64,000 nt of DNA, from positions 285,389 through 349,388 of the forward strand of contig NIVC01002030.1 of NCBI GenBank assembly GCA_002269645.1, read 5' to 3'. This DNA comes from Macrostomum lignano (lineage: Eukaryota). Under the pieces are notes generated by a model. That model ran no database searches, was not told the DNA's origin, and saw only the letters and a program-made list of their open reading frames with translations. Position 1 is the stretch's first letter, and every line of letters starts with the position of its first letter. Of the stretch, positions 63,794 through 64,000 are shown one piece after another. The position numbers were made by a program, and so were the translations under genes.

Positions 63794-64000
63794 CTGTTGA
63801 GCACAAAAATAAGTTTGTAGAATTTCCAGGAGTTTCCGTAATCAGGATAATTGCGCTACCGTAGAATCTCTTGAAAAACATCTTTCAAACGAGTTTCTTT
63901 GACGACATCTGCTGCACGATGTCCAATTCAATTAACAATTCCTACGAGCATCGCTTGCTCGAATGTGCAGTTTTCACTTTGAAAAATGGAGAAAACAATA

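Overview
Eukaryotic, intron-rich animal genomic DNA. GC-rich exons sit in AT-rich introns packed with micro- and minisatellites. The style (poly-Q exons, a separate tandem repeat in most introns, a signal-peptide-less double CAP gene) suggests a flatworm such as Macrostomum; that is inference only. Eight spliced genes were rebuilt by hand from splice signals and frame continuity: an unknown poly-Q coiled-coil gene (-, 13050-4135) with a 6.4-kb (CTAA)n intron; a CCDC74-like gene (-, 17324-14885); an unknown coiled-coil gene (+, 19883-22325); a long coiled-coil gene (-, >=28754-24159); a secretin/adhesion/Methuselah-type 7TM GPCR (+, 42883-44215); a divergent C-type-lectin-domain gene (-, 49175-46751); a cytoplasmic tandem-CAP (GAPR-1/group-2 VAL-like) gene (+, 50384-57388); and the 3' exons of a phospholipid scramblase (-, 63793-58426). 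Mobile DNA: a deleted Merlin/IS1595-like element, a decayed mariner with TIRs and TA TSD, a MITE with perfect 48-bp TIRs, a foldback-like element, and a tRNA-derived SINE (one near-full copy, three fragments). Most long ORFs in the supplied track are artefacts of tandem repeats. There is no CRISPR array or rRNA. No single clearly novel system was established; the best leads are given as findings.
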